A DNA stretch of 64,000 bases from a virus. Each line of letters begins with the position of its first letter. Position 1 is the first letter of the stretch. The notes under the pieces were generated by a model that saw only the letters and a program-made list of their open reading frames with translations, did no database searches and was not told where the DNA came from. Of this stretch, positions 49,710-59,322 are shown one piece after another. A program made the position numbers and the translations under genes. The stretch lies in the IMG/VR virus record IMGVR_UViG_3300020442_001264, positions 1-64,000 of that record; one strand, 5' to 3'.

Positions 49710-51026
49710 ATGGCCTCAATCGGATTTATCGGAGTGGGTAAGTTAGGACAAGCCTGCGCCGAGATGGTCGCCGAGGTACATGATGTTGTGGGATATGATA
49801 TTAATCCTGTAGAGCCTGAAAACTTTACAATGGTTAATAAAATGGAGGATGCTGTAAAAGGAAAAGACATTGTCTTTATTGCAGTTCAAACTCCACATGA
49901 TCCACAATATGATGGAAAAGCACCTACCAGCCATTTACCCAACAAGGACTTCGATTACAGTACTGTAAAAAATGTTCTTAGCCAGGTAAATGCTGTGGCG
50001 ACAAAAGAACAATTAGTAGTCCTTATTTCAACTGTTTTACCAGGAACGGTAAGACGTGAATTTGTTCAACTTATTAACAATGCAAGATTTGTTTATAACC
50101 CATATTTAATTGCAATGGGTACAGTTAAGTGGGACATGGTTAATCCAGAAATGGTAATGATTGGAACTGAAGACGGTTCCGAAACTGGAGATGCCAAACA
50201 GTTAAGAGACTTTTATGATACCATCATGCAGAACGATCCCAACTATGTAATAGGTACATGGGACGAAGTAGAATGCATTAAAGTCTTTTACAACACCTTT
50301 ATTAGTGCAAAAGTAAGTTTAGTAAACATGATACAAGACGTTGCAGAAAAACAAGGTAACATCAACGCAGAAGTTGTATGTGATGCTTTAGCAAATTCAG
50401 ATAGACGTATTATGGGACCAGGTTATATGAAGCCAGGCATGGGCGATGGTGGTGCTTGTCACCCAAGAGATAATATTGCTCTACGTTTTATGGCTGAAGA
50501 ATTAAACTTGGGTTACGACTTATTCGATGCAGTAATGCGTAGTAGAGAAGTACAAGCAGAAAACATGGCTAAAACTCTTATGGAACACACCAACGGATTT
50601 ATGCATGCCGGTAGAACATATGATGAGAAACCTATTATAATTATTGGTAAAGCATACAAGCCTATGGTTCCATATGAAGCAGGTTCAAGCAGTATGCTTG
50701 TTGGACATTATGTCGAAAAGTTAGGTGGTACACTATATTACTACGATGAACAAACAGGTGATATACCTCCAGCGGAAGTACTTAGTCAGCCAGCAGTATA
50801 TTTACTAGCACACAATCCTCAAATCACTTATGGTGAACAGTTAGATACTGTGCCTAGATGGTACGGTGACCATACTGTTACAGGAGAAGAAGCAAGTTTT
50901 ATTACAACTGCTAATGGCACTAATGTAGGATTTGCTGAAGGAAGTGTTGTTATAGACCCATGGAGGAAAACTCCAGACGCACCAGGAATAACTGTAATAC
51001 ATTACGGTAACACAAGGAATAGATAG
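49710..51026 (+). CDS. UDP-glucose/GDP-mannose 6-dehydrogenase family protein
   Basis: GFIGVGKLG Rossmann motif, AVQTP, STVLPGT, E..K.FYN.F...K.S..N and catalytic GGACHPRD. Confidence 0.88.
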   Translation: MASIGFIGVGKLGQACAEMVAEVHDVVGYDINPVEPENFTMVNKMEDAVKGKDIVFIAVQTPHDPQYDGKAPTSHLPNKDFDYSTVKNVLSQVNAVATKEQLVVLISTVLPGTVRREFVQLINNARFVYNPYLIAMGTVKWDMVNPEMVMIGTEDGSETGDAKQLRDFYDTIMQNDPNYVIGTWDEVECIKVFYNTFISAKVSLVNMIQDVAEKQGNINAEVVCDALANSDRRIMGPGYMKPGMGDGGACHPRDNIALRFMAEELNLGYDLFDAVMRSREVQAENMAKTLMEHTNGFMHAGRTYDEKPIIIIGKAYKPMVPYEAGSSSMLVGHYVEKLGGTLYYYDEQTGDIPPAEVLSQPAVYLLAHNPQITYGEQLDTVPRWYGDHTVTGEEASFITTANGTNVGFAEGSVVIDPWRKTPDAPGITVIHYGNTRNR

Positions 51027-51029
51027 GAT

Positions 51030-51821
51030 ATGGTTACGGATCAGGAAATACTAGACTATATCTTTTCTAAGTGGGGTAAGAAACAAGAGATGTTGCAACT
51101 CAACGAGCAATATCGCTATACCCCTCCTTACCCTACATTACATTTAGAAGATTTTATTCCTGAGCATGTGTCTAAGGCATTATACGAAGAAAGTAAAACT
51201 ATACCTGAAAAGTTTTGGACAACTTTTACTAGAGCAGGTAGTTATATGGAAGAGTGTAATGATTTAGAAGAGGCACCGGTTGCCCGAGCAGTTGTTAGTG
51301 CAATGCATAGCAAACCATTTTTAAAATGGTTAAGTAAGATATGTGATGTACAACATCTACTTCCTGATCCGTATCTTGTGGGGGCAGGATACATGAAAAG
51401 TTACAAAGGTGATAGTTTGAAAATACATACAGACTTTAACTGGAATGAAGAATGTCAAACACACAGAGCATTAAGTTTAATACTATACTTTACACCGGAG
51501 TGGGACGAAGAATGGCATGGTGACTTACAGTTTTGGGATTTTGATAAAAAGAAAAGAGTTACCAGTTTCCCACCCAAGATGGGTAATGTTGTAGTTTGGA
51601 AATATCACAAACGTGGCTTTCATGGTCATCCAAATCCTATCGATTGTCCTGATGATAAATTTAGAGTAGGTTTTAGATTATTTTATTACATCAGTGACAG
51701 TATACATGACTGGAGAGATCCACCACATAAAAGTTTATATTGGTATGACAAAGATAAAAGCCAACCATATCATATAGAAACAGAATACGGACATGGAAAA
51801 TTAGATGATAAAGAACGTTAA
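51030..51821 (+). CDS. 2OG-Fe(II) oxygenase
   Basis: HxD (HTDFN), distal HGHP, R..FRL.YY and W.EEW.G.L.FW. Confidence 0.88.
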   Translation: MVTDQEILDYIFSKWGKKQEMLQLNEQYRYTPPYPTLHLEDFIPEHVSKALYEESKTIPEKFWTTFTRAGSYMEECNDLEEAPVARAVVSAMHSKPFLKWLSKICDVQHLLPDPYLVGAGYMKSYKGDSLKIHTDFNWNEECQTHRALSLILYFTPEWDEEWHGDLQFWDFDKKKRVTSFPPKMGNVVVWKYHKRGFHGHPNPIDCPDDKFRVGFRLFYYISDSIHDWRDPPHKSLYWYDKDKSQPYHIETEYGHGKLDDKER

Positions 51822-52812
51822 TCCAAACAACAATTGGTGGATGTATGGATATGAAAATCCACTACATGAACTTGAAGCAGGTTATGAAGGTATTGATATA
51901 TCACAAGTGCCAGCACAAGAATTTAAGGGTGGGTATGCTATACAAGATGATTATGTAACAAGAGAACTTGTTGACTATATGAAGTCAACAAATTGGAATA
52001 ATTTTTTTGTAGCAGACGGTCATCACAATCTACAAGTAGAATATAGAGAACTTTTTAAACGTTGGGTGCAATCAAGCAATTTAAATAAAATAAGATTTCA
52101 GAATTTAAATTTTGCATGTATTACTAACGGCACTTCAGAAGCATTCCAAATGTTTTTCTTGAGACACAATCAACGCCGCTTTAAATTTTTTAAAGGCGAT
52201 TTTATGATGCATAAAGTTGCTAGTCATGTATCACAGGTTGACTGGGAATGGATAGATGATAACGGTACTTTAGAATATGGTGATGCTTTAATAGTAAGTT
52301 GCCCATTTAGTGATACAGCAAGATTACCAGAAAACTTTGACGAGTGGATGGACTTAGCACATCGTTGTGACGTACCCGTATTGTTAGACATGGCATATTT
52401 TGGTACATGTGTAAATTTAGATATAGATACAGAAAACTATCCTGCTATAGAAGAAATAACTTTTAGTTTAGGAAAAACATTTCCTATTATTGGTGCAAGA
52501 GCAGGTATAAGATTCCAAAGAGAATTAGTTGATGATCCTGTGACATTTGCAAATCAACATGGTATAGCAAATAATTTTGCATGTAAAATAGGTGTACATG
52601 CTATGACTAACTATAGTCCTGATTATATACCTATAAAATATTACGATGCATATCATCAACTTTGTTTAAACCATGACTTATTACTTAGTAATTGTGTAAT
52701 CTTTGCATTAAGTGATGACCAAAAATATATGGAAATAAATAGAGGGAATACAAATACAAGACTTTGCCTAAGCAAATTTGTAAAGGAAAATTATGAGCTC
52801 AGCCAAAACTAA
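51805..52812 (+). CDS. PLP-dependent enzyme (fold type I, aminotransferase-like)
   Basis: NGTSEAF, S.PFS, LLDMAY and FSLGK.F.....R.G. Confidence 0.7.
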   Translation: MIKNVNPNNNWWMYGYENPLHELEAGYEGIDISQVPAQEFKGGYAIQDDYVTRELVDYMKSTNWNNFFVADGHHNLQVEYRELFKRWVQSSNLNKIRFQNLNFACITNGTSEAFQMFFLRHNQRRFKFFKGDFMMHKVASHVSQVDWEWIDDNGTLEYGDALIVSCPFSDTARLPENFDEWMDLAHRCDVPVLLDMAYFGTCVNLDIDTENYPAIEEITFSLGKTFPIIGARAGIRFQRELVDDPVTFANQHGIANNFACKIGVHAMTNYSPDYIPIKYYDAYHQLCLNHDLLLSNCVIFALSDDQKYMEINRGNTNTRLCLSKFVKENYELSQN

Positions 52813-54211
52813 CAGATATGGATTCCAGTACGGAGCATTCGAAGAAAAAGAATTGTTCGATCCTGATTACAAATACTGTGCATTATTGTGGAGCCACATT
52901 AGCAACGAGCCAGGAGGTACAGTAAGAACATGCTGTATTGCTACAGAAAGAATTAAAGACGAAACTGGACAAGATTATAATCTGGGTGAACATGGTATGT
53001 TAGATATCTTGACTAGCAATACTATGAAAGAATATAGGAATCAAATAAGAAACGGAGAAGAAATACATAACTGTGAAACATGTTGGATAGATGAACGCAA
53101 TGGCAAAGAATCAAAGAGACAACAATATAACGAATATTATAAACAATGGTACGGACATGATGCTATTGTATGGAACGAAGAACCGACAAGATTAATAGAT
53201 GCCCAATTAATTTTCGACAATACTTGTAATTTAAAATGTAGAAGTTGCAATGCCAACTATAGTAGCAAGTGGAAAGAAGAAGCAGATGATAGAAAGATTC
53301 CTTATTGGGAGACTACTGCTAAAATAGATATGAATGATATAGAACGTAGTGCGTTTTGGAAAACATTAGATGAGTGGACTGAGAATGTATTACGTTTAGA
53401 AATAATGGGCGGTGAACCTTTCTATATGAAAGAGTTTAAAAAGTTTGTAGACTTTTTAATTGATACAGGCAGAGCAAAAAACATAGCATTAACATTAAGC
53501 ACAAACGGAACTATAGCAGATAAAAACTTTTTAGATAAGATGGCTAAGAACTTTAAAGACTTAGCATTCAGTGTAAGCATAGATGGAATAGAAGACCAGT
53601 TTACATATTTAAGACATCCAGGAAAATGGAATGAAGTAAAAGAGAATTTAGATTATTATTATGAATTGCACAACAGTGAGTATCCTGTTTTTGTACAGAT
53701 TACTCATACCGTAAGTGCATTAAACATTATGTACTTGCCAGAGTTTCATAATTATTTTGAACAGCATTTTCCTAATTTTAAAATATGGAACAATGCAGTA
53801 CATTATCCTAAATGGATATGTGCAAGTGTATTGCCTAAGAAAGCAAAGAAACAAATTACAGATAAATTACTTAGACACAATTGGTTGCCTCAGTATAAAA
53901 GTGAGATACAAGCATTAATAGATTTTATGAATTCACCTTTATATGAAAACGGCTCTAGTGTAGTAGACAGTTTAAAAAGTAAATTTGATGAAGAAAAATT
54001 AAAATTCTTTGACCAAAGAAGCATAGAAAAGAAATGGGAAATTTTTAAATCACAGATAGTAGGAGGTGACATATACAGAGAAGAAAACTTTGTTCAGGTA
54101 TTCCCTGAATTATATGAACTAATAAAAGATGATTTTGATTATACAAAAGAATATGAAACTGTGTCGACAGCAGGATTCTTGCCAGTTAGTCAGGGAGAGT
54201 ATAGCAATTGA
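52793..54211 (+). CDS. Radical SAM protein 4 with N-terminal Twitch/SPASM domain
   Basis: YCALLW, TCC and CETCW; CNLKCRSC; GGEP. Confidence 0.9.
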   Translation: MSSAKTNRYGFQYGAFEEKELFDPDYKYCALLWSHISNEPGGTVRTCCIATERIKDETGQDYNLGEHGMLDILTSNTMKEYRNQIRNGEEIHNCETCWIDERNGKESKRQQYNEYYKQWYGHDAIVWNEEPTRLIDAQLIFDNTCNLKCRSCNANYSSKWKEEADDRKIPYWETTAKIDMNDIERSAFWKTLDEWTENVLRLEIMGGEPFYMKEFKKFVDFLIDTGRAKNIALTLSTNGTIADKNFLDKMAKNFKDLAFSVSIDGIEDQFTYLRHPGKWNEVKENLDYYYELHNSEYPVFVQITHTVSALNIMYLPEFHNYFEQHFPNFKIWNNAVHYPKWICASVLPKKAKKQITDKLLRHNWLPQYKSEIQALIDFMNSPLYENGSSVVDSLKSKFDEEKLKFFDQRSIEKKWEIFKSQIVGGDIYREENFVQVFPELYELIKDDFDYTKEYETVSTAGFLPVSQGEYSN

Positions 54212-55467
54212 GTAAGACATATTGCCCACTACCTTGGAATCACTTAGCAACACACCCGCACGGTGGTGTAACATTGTGCTGTATAAGTGACCATACTGAT
54301 GGTTTGAATCGAGCAAGGAATTATAAGGAGGAACATAACGAATTCTTTGATTTAAATAAACAAACAATAAACGAACATATGAATAGCGACTACTACAAAG
54401 AAGTTCGCTTAGAAATGTTAAATAATAAGAAACCTAAAGCATGTATGCGATGTTATGAGGAAGAAGATAAAGGAATAAAAAGTAAGAGACAACATGAGAC
54501 CGAAGTATTTAGACAGAACTCCCCCGATTGGGCATCCAAACTTACTAGTGAGGACGGGAGTATTCCTATGGATCTGCGTTTTGTTGAGTTGCGTCTTGGC
54601 AATGTATGTAACGTCCGTTGTCGTACATGCAATCCTGCAAGTTCCAGTAAATGGTTGGAAGACTATAAAAGCATTGTTCAAAAAGCAGACTTCGTCAACA
54701 AAGGATATCTAGGATTAAATTTTCCAGATGACTTTAAGTGGGCAGAAGATGATAACTTTTATAATGACTTATATGAGTCTGCTCCAAACTTAGAACTACT
54801 TTATATTAATGGAGGAGAGCCTACATTAATTAAACAACACTGGACTTACTTAAGAAAATTAGTAGAAAGCGGAAGGAGTAAAAATATAATTTTATGGTAC
54901 AACATTAATTGTACTATGTTGCCACCAATTGCTTTAGACTTGTGGCCCGAGTTTAAAGAAGCAAGAATATGTTTAAGCATTGATGACTTGGAAGATAGAA
55001 ATGCTTTTATACGTTCAGGCACAGAGTGGCAGGCTGTTTGCAATACTGTAAACAAACTTAAAGATAATGAAGATAAATTAACTTTAAGAATAACGCAGAC
55101 TGTTAGTGCATATAACTATGCTACATTACCTGAGTTTTTTGAATGGGCTAAAAGCATTGGGATAGAAGTTGATATGAACTTTGTGTATGATCCTGATTAC
55201 CTAAGTCCCATGGTTATACCACCTAGGGCAAGAGAGTTGATACATACACGATTCAGAAAACTATTAGGTAATGACCACAAACTAGGAACATTGTTGAGTA
55301 TGTTTAATACTCCAGAGTGGGACGAGTTGAAGTGGGAACAGTTTTGTCGTTTCAACGACTTGTTAGATAAAAACGATACTGACTTAGGAAAAGTTTCTAA
55401 TTGGAGAAATACATTTACTGAGTTATGTGAGGTTGTAGAGAAAAGTGGAAGTACTACGATATACTAA
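54208..55467 (+). CDS. Radical SAM protein 5 with N-terminal Twitch/SPASM domain
   Basis: YCPLPW, LCC and CMRCY; CNVRCRTC; GGEP. TTG start. Confidence 0.9.
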   Translation: MSKTYCPLPWNHLATHPHGGVTLCCISDHTDGLNRARNYKEEHNEFFDLNKQTINEHMNSDYYKEVRLEMLNNKKPKACMRCYEEEDKGIKSKRQHETEVFRQNSPDWASKLTSEDGSIPMDLRFVELRLGNVCNVRCRTCNPASSSKWLEDYKSIVQKADFVNKGYLGLNFPDDFKWAEDDNFYNDLYESAPNLELLYINGGEPTLIKQHWTYLRKLVESGRSKNIILWYNINCTMLPPIALDLWPEFKEARICLSIDDLEDRNAFIRSGTEWQAVCNTVNKLKDNEDKLTLRITQTVSAYNYATLPEFFEWAKSIGIEVDMNFVYDPDYLSPMVIPPRARELIHTRFRKLLGNDHKLGTLLSMFNTPEWDELKWEQFCRFNDLLDKNDTDLGKVSNWRNTFTELCEVVEKSGSTTIY

Positions 55468-56206
55468 ACCAAAAGGCGATGCCTTAAGATGGGTTGCACA
55501 TGCAGGATTACTTGCAGGCTTGCTCATGGGTCCTAACAATTATTGGTGGGCAACACTAGGCGTATACTGTTGGTTTGCTAGTATAGGATTATTTGTAGGA
55601 CAACACAGATACTTTGCACATAGAAGTTTTAGAACAAACAAGTTTTGGGAAACTATTTTAAACATATCTGGAACATTAGCAAGTTTAACAAGCACGTTTG
55701 GATATGTTATAAAACACAGAGAACATCATAAAGATTCAGATGGAAAGAATGATCCTCATAGTCCACATCATATGTCAGCATGGAAAAGTTGGACATTAGG
55801 ATTAAAAGATGACAAGTATGATATAAAACTAGGCAGGGACTGGATTCGTAATAAAGGTGTTATGCATACACATGTAAACTTCTTTGCTTATATTATTGCG
55901 TACAACATATTGTTAGCATTTATAGACCCTTGGCTTGTGTTATATGCATACTTGATGCCTGTTAGTTTGTGTGTATGGGCAACTGGTGCCTTTAACACAT
56001 GGGGACATGGAAAAGGATTATCAAGTTTAGGTTACAGGACTTGGGACACAAAAGACCAAAGTGTAAATCATCATTTAGTAAATGTAATTACATTTGGAGA
56101 AGGCTGGCATAACAATCACCACAACAATCCAAGTGATTGGAGACATGGACAAGAGTGGTGGGAATGGGATTTTAACGCATGGGTAATAAAATTAATAAAA
56201 CAATAG
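55445..56206 (+). CDS. Membrane fatty-acid desaturase (delta-9-like)
   Basis: Three His boxes HRYFAH, HREHH and HNNHH; DPHSP; GEGWHNNHH; hydrophobic segments. Confidence 0.92.
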   Translation: MEVLRYTKPKGDALRWVAHAGLLAGLLMGPNNYWWATLGVYCWFASIGLFVGQHRYFAHRSFRTNKFWETILNISGTLASLTSTFGYVIKHREHHKDSDGKNDPHSPHHMSAWKSWTLGLKDDKYDIKLGRDWIRNKGVMHTHVNFFAYIIAYNILLAFIDPWLVLYAYLMPVSLCVWATGAFNTWGHGKGLSSLGYRTWDTKDQSVNHHLVNVITFGEGWHNNHHNNPSDWRHGQEWWEWDFNAWVIKLIKQ

Positions 56207-57483
56207 ACGAGATAAAAGAATTAGCAAAGGGCGATGCTTTTTGTATCCTTCCTTGGATACACATGCACCCATGGCCCGATGGTAGAGTGTTTACTTGTTG
56301 TCTGAGCGAACATCATAGTCCAATTGGCAATTTAAATGAAATGGACTTAGACGAATGTTACAACAGTGACAATATGAAAAAGTTTAGATTGGACATGCTT
56401 AACAACAAAAAGATTTCTAATTGTACAAGATGTTATGAACTAGAAGATATAGGGCACGACACTTTGCGTAAAAGAAGTAACAGCGAATTTATAGAAGAAA
56501 AATTTGCATACCACAACAACAAAGCAGAAATTGTACAGCAAACAAATGATGATGGTAGTGTTGATAAAGTTCACTTAACTTATATGGATATACGTTTTAG
56601 TAATATATGCAATATGAGATGTAGAACATGCGGACCTGATTTAAGTAGTCAATGGTTTGAAGATGCAGTAGACAGTAAGTTCAATAGAACACCTACACAA
56701 AAGATATTACAAATAAGAAAAGGTAATACTGCATTTATGGAACAATTTGATCCATACTTAGATACAGTAGAGAAAATATATTGGGCAGGCGGTGAGCCGT
56801 TGATAATGGACGAGCATTGGTATATAATGAATAAGTTAGTTGAGATGGGCAGAACTAAAAAAGAAACTCCTATGAGAATCTTTTACAATACAAACTTTAG
56901 TAAATTAACATACAAGGATCAAGATGCTATAGAGTTGTGGAAAAACTTTGATGAGGTTAGTGTAGGTGCAAGTTTAGATGCTGGTTGGAAGAAAGGAGAG
57001 TACTTACGCAAAGGTACAATATGGAGTGAAACACTTGCAAACAGAGAACGTATGAAACAAGAACTACCAGACAAAGACTTTAATATAAGTTGTACAGTCA
57101 GTATGTTTAATGCGTTAGATGTCTGCGACTTTTATAAAAAGTTATGTGAGATAGAATTTATAGAACCTAAGGACTTTGGTATTAATATATTATTAGGTAA
57201 GCATGTACATAGGGCAACAGTATTGCCTGAACACATGAGAAAGCAAGTCCAAAAGAACATTGAAGAAACATTAGACTGGATAGGCGACCGTGATACAGTT
57301 GGTCGTGTTACAGATACATTTAAAAGTTTACATCAGTTTATGGATGGTGATGATAGTCATTTGTTATCTGATAGTTTACAAGAATGTAAAGAGATGGATA
57401 GATTTAGAAGTGAAACATTGTTTGATGTGTTTCCAGAATTAGAAGATTTACGACCTTACTATGATGAGGAAATTGATGACTAG
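56179..57483 (+). CDS. Radical SAM protein 6 with N-terminal Twitch/SPASM domain
   Basis: FCILPW, TCC and CTRCY; CNMRCRTC; GGEP. Confidence 0.9.
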   Translation: MGNKINKTIDEIKELAKGDAFCILPWIHMHPWPDGRVFTCCLSEHHSPIGNLNEMDLDECYNSDNMKKFRLDMLNNKKISNCTRCYELEDIGHDTLRKRSNSEFIEEKFAYHNNKAEIVQQTNDDGSVDKVHLTYMDIRFSNICNMRCRTCGPDLSSQWFEDAVDSKFNRTPTQKILQIRKGNTAFMEQFDPYLDTVEKIYWAGGEPLIMDEHWYIMNKLVEMGRTKKETPMRIFYNTNFSKLTYKDQDAIELWKNFDEVSVGASLDAGWKKGEYLRKGTIWSETLANRERMKQELPDKDFNISCTVSMFNALDVCDFYKKLCEIEFIEPKDFGINILLGKHVHRATVLPEHMRKQVQKNIEETLDWIGDRDTVGRVTDTFKSLHQFMDGDDSHLLSDSLQECKEMDRFRSETLFDVFPELEDLRPYYDEEIDD

Positions 57484-58699
57484 ACCAGAACATTTTTGCA
57501 TACTACCTTGGATTAATCAAGAGGCTCGCACCAATGGAGAGATTGGTGTGTGCTGTGTTATGCAAGAAACAGCACCAGGGATAAATTTAGCAGACGGTCA
57601 TACATTAAAAGATGCATGGGACAGCGAATGGTTAGCAAATCTAAAACAAGATTTTTTAGATGGTAAAAAGCCTAAGGCATGTTACAACTGCTGGAATGAA
57701 GAAGAAGCAGGCATTGAAAGTAAACGTTTACGTGAACTTAAAAAATTTCCTCATCACTTAGATAACCTGGACCATATAAAACCAAAGAGCATGGATTTAA
57801 AATTAGGAAATATTTGTAATACAAAGTGTAGAATATGTACAGGATTTGCTAGTAGTCAATGGGTGCCAGAAGAAATAGAACGAGACGGTGACACAAATCA
57901 GTTTGCACATCTTATGGGCAGACTAGGACGTTGGCCCGAGCTCAATGAAAAGTTTTGGGAAGATATAGAAAATCAAATTGAAGAAGTAGAAAGTTTAGAG
58001 TTTTTTGGTGGAGAACCTTTTTTAATAAAAAGACATTTTGATATATTGCAAACATTAGTAGACAAAGGTAGAGCAAAAGATATTACATTGAGTTACAACA
58101 CAAATGGTTCTATATACCCAGAGCAGTATATGGATTTACTTAAACAGTTTAAAGACGTTCAAGTATTTTTTAGTATAGACGGAGTAGATGAAAGATTTAA
58201 TTATATTAGACATCCACAACAGTTTAATGAAGTAATAGAAAATTATTGGAAGTTTAAAAACACAGAATTTATTAGAACAAATATTTTTTATACTGTGAGT
58301 ATATTTAATATTATGTATATGGATGAATTGTTACAGTTTCAATTAGATAATAACATTGATACTGAAATTCATTTCAATATGGTATATGTTCCACAACACA
58401 TAAGTCCTAAAGCATTGCCTAAAAAAGTAAAACAAGTAATCACAGATAAATTTAAAGGTAATAATGATCCTAGAATACAAAGTACTTTGAATTTTATGAA
58501 TCAAGAAGATTACGAAGGATACATGGATGAGTTTGTAAGACAAACATCATTCAGTGACAAATACAGAGGAGAAAGTTTTGCAGAAACATTTCCTGAACTA
58601 TGGCAATACATGGAACCTTATTTTAAAAATGAAAGTGTAATGGAATTAATGGACACTATGGATCATATAAATTTATTAGACAAGCACGATAAGATATGA
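57476..58699 (+). CDS. Radical SAM protein 7 with N-terminal Twitch/SPASM domain
   Basis: FCILPW, VCC and CYNCW; CNTKCRIC; GGEP. GAGGA SD before 57476. Confidence 0.9.
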   Translation: MTRPEHFCILPWINQEARTNGEIGVCCVMQETAPGINLADGHTLKDAWDSEWLANLKQDFLDGKKPKACYNCWNEEEAGIESKRLRELKKFPHHLDNLDHIKPKSMDLKLGNICNTKCRICTGFASSQWVPEEIERDGDTNQFAHLMGRLGRWPELNEKFWEDIENQIEEVESLEFFGGEPFLIKRHFDILQTLVDKGRAKDITLSYNTNGSIYPEQYMDLLKQFKDVQVFFSIDGVDERFNYIRHPQQFNEVIENYWKFKNTEFIRTNIFYTVSIFNIMYMDELLQFQLDNNIDTEIHFNMVYVPQHISPKALPKKVKQVITDKFKGNNDPRIQSTLNFMNQEDYEGYMDEFVRQTSFSDKYRGESFAETFPELWQYMEPYFKNESVMELMDTMDHINLLDKHDKI

Positions 58700-59322
58700 G
58701 CAAAGTATTATTAAAAACATCAGGTAGAACAGGCTCGCACTTGTTGTTAGACAAGTATGAGAAAGAAGGTCATAGGGTATACTTCACTGCTACACATGAC
58801 ACAAAATCATTGTACGAATATGATTTAACAGAAAGTCTAATTCCGTTTAACTTTGATTTTATTGTGCAATGTCATTTAATGCAACTACCAAAAGACACAT
58901 CACAATGGGATTTAATTTTTAACGTAAGAGGCGATATGATATCTCAGATATGTAGCAGTATAATTGCACACCACACAGATGTTTGGCATGGTGTTGCAGA
59001 AATTAAAGAAAAGATTGTAGTAGATAAACACACAATTAAACAACAAGTAATTAAGCATGTAAGTTTTAATACTTACATGAAATATGTTTGCGAATACTTG
59101 CCGTGGAAGTCTACACAAAGAATATCAACAGAAGAAATACTACAAGAGGATTGGACTCATTTAGAATACAAAAAATCTATTAAACATGAAGATGCTATAG
59201 ATGATTATGAGAATGTCAGGAAGTATGTTGCAAATGTACAAGCAAGATTTTATGACTTAGGTGTAGCATATGGTAAAACAGAATTTGATAAAAGGTACGG
59301 AGACAAATATGACATACAGTAA
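58696..59322 (+). CDS. Sulfotransferase-like protein (Stf0/NodH-like)
   Basis: N-terminal GRTGSHLL (5'-phosphosulfate loop) and R.D...Q..S..IA (3'-phosphate-binding-like). Confidence 0.55.
   Translation: MSKVLLKTSGRTGSHLLLDKYEKEGHRVYFTATHDTKSLYEYDLTESLIPFNFDFIVQCHLMQLPKDTSQWDLIFNVRGDMISQICSSIIAHHTDVWHGVAEIKEKIVVDKHTIKQQVIKHVSFNTYMKYVCEYLPWKSTQRISTEEILQEDWTHLEYKKSIKHEDAIDDYENVRKYVANVQARFYDLGVAYGKTEFDKRYGDKYDIQ

Noticed and set aside
32395-56206. Eukaryotic or giant-virus (NCLDV) origin suggested by PMM, AOX, SCP2 and desaturase
   Set aside because: No introns, SD sequences and overlapping operonic genes are present, and the region is contiguous with myophage baseplate genes.
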